Shown here: positions 6,642-7,639 of the stretch, piece by piece
How positions within the stretch are numbered: the stretch's first letter is position 1
Layout of the letters: every line of letters starts with the position of its first letter
Source: Paramicrosporidium saccamoebae KSL3
Lineage: Eukaryota > Fungi > Cryptomycota
Length of the DNA stretch: 7,639 nt
NCBI GenBank assembly: GCA_002794465.1
Contig: MTSL01000136.1
Location: 1-7,639 of the forward strand
Direction of reading: 5' to 3'
The notes under the pieces: model-generated
Seen by the model: only the letters and a program-made list of their open reading frames with translations
Databases searched by the model: none
What the model was told of the DNA's origin: nothing
Program-made: the position numbers and the translations under genes

Positions 6642-7513
6642 TGGAACGTTTACGAAACAAGACTGCTCTCATGTAGGATTCGCATACCAAATGCTATTCA
6701 CTCTTCCAGAACAGGAGCCAGCTCGGGGATAGGAGAAGCGTGTGCATTCGAAATGGCCGCTTTAGGCTGCAACTTGGTTTATGACCTCATAATGACTAAC
6801 TCGGTGGTAGATTCTGTTTGCAAGACGTTTGGATAGACTGAGAGTTTTGAAAGAGACACTGGAAGAGTGCTCTTCTTCAAGTGTTCAGATTCATCAAGTA
6901 GATATTAGGGACAAGGAAGCGATACGGGCAGCTCTAAAGGAATGCTCCGACATTGATATACTCGTCAACAACGCCGGTTTGGCGCTGGGAATAGAATCTT
7001 TTGTCAATACTGATGAAGCAGCATTGGAAGTGGTGGTGGACACTAATATCAAAGGACTAATGTATGTAACACGGGAGGTGCTCCCTAAGATGCTCGCCAG
7101 TGAGAGCGTCTGTACTGTTATCAATATCGGTTCTATCGCTGGAAAACAGGCATATCCGAACGGGTCGATCTATTGTGCGACAAAGCATGCCGTGCATGCA
7201 CTAAGCCAGTCGCTACGAATGGAACTAATCAGCACCAAAGTCCGAGTGGCAGAGATAAATCCTGGTACCAATCGCAGTTGCATCTTGATGACTGCTAGGA
7301 CTTGTGGAAACTGACTTTTCAGTGGTACGTTTTGGGGGCGATTCCGACCGTGCCAAATCGGTTTATTCTGGAATGAATCCCTTGACTGGAAAGGATGTTG
7401 CTGAGATGGTCGTGTTTATTGCAAGCCGACCCGATCATGTTCAAATCAGCGAGATTGATTGCTTCCCCACTAATCAGGCTTCTGCTTACCATGTTCACCG
7501 ATCCCAAGTGTGA
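6641..7513 (+). CDS. NADP-dependent short-chain dehydrogenase, YdfG/YMR226C (3-hydroxy-acid / L-allo-threonine dehydrogenase) family; join(6641..6672,6710..6776,6811..7264,7299..7513), 255 aa
   Basis: MERLRNKTALITGASSGIG (Rossmann TGxxxGxG), ILFARR (basic residues typical of NADP preference), ILVNNAGLALG, GSIAG, YCATK catalytic motif, PGLVETDFSVVRF and FPTNQAS, closely like yeast YMR226C. Exon total 768 nt is in frame. Confidence 0.92.
6673..6709 (+). other. Intron 1 of SDR (37 nt)
   Basis: GTAGGA...ATTCAC-TCTTCCAG; joins ALI|TGASSG. Confidence 0.9.
6777..6810 (+). other. Intron 2 of SDR (34 nt)
   Basis: GTTTAT...GACTAAC-TCGGTGGTAG; joins GCNL|ILFARR. Confidence 0.9.
7265..7298 (+). other. 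Intron 3 of SDR (34 nt)
   Basis: GTACCA...ATGAC-TGCTAG; joins EINP-G|LVETDF. Confidence 0.92.
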
Positions 7514-7516
7514 GCG

Positions 7517-7610
7517 CTATGTTTTATGGCTCCCCAATAAAGAGGTGTTGTGATGTAGAAGATTGATTAGCTGGGTATTTGAGGACAGTGAGATTTGTAT
7601 CCATGCTATT
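7517..7610 (-). CDS. Possible terminal exon of a convergent gene entering from beyond the window
   Basis: Minus strand GCTAAT-CCTAG (branch plus acceptor ending at 7611) is followed by two open frames ending at TAA 7526-7524 or TAG 7519-7517. No recognisable homology. Confidence 0.3.
7536..7541 (+). terminator. Poly(A) signal AATAAA for the SDR gene
   Basis: CCAATAAA 22 nt after the SDR stop. Confidence 0.55.
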
Positions 7611-7639
7611 CTAGGATTAGCAGTGAACAAACCCCCCCC

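Noticed and set aside
7632-7639. C8 homopolymer at the window end
   Set aside because: Truncated by the window edge and too short to call a repeat or telomere.
1-7639. Prokaryotic defence system, CRISPR array, operon or mobile element
   Set aside because: No repeats-spacers, transposase, integrase or terminal repeats were seen. Spliceosomal introns and the gene content show the DNA is eukaryotic.

Overview
Eukaryotic DNA from a very compact genome: six protein-coding genes, most interrupted by 29-37 nt spliceosomal GT-AG introns, which is why the ORF track shows them as fragments. In order: 3' part of a VAMP7-like longin R-SNARE (+), PEX6 peroxisomal AAA ATPase (-), MTQ2/N6AMT1 eRF1 methyltransferase (+), glycogen synthase (-), a probable REC114/Rec7-like meiotic double-strand-break protein visible only after splicing three exons (+), and a YdfG/YMR226C-type NADP-dependent SDR (+). 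Intergenic gaps are 83, 62, 116, 138 and 0 bp. The REC114-like stop abuts the SDR start (TAA|ATG) inside an AATAAA. The architecture suggests an early-diverging fungal/opisthosporidian (Rozellomycota-like) genome; this is inference only. No RNA genes, mobile elements or CRISPR arrays were seen. Family comparisons use reference sequences recalled from memory, not database searches.
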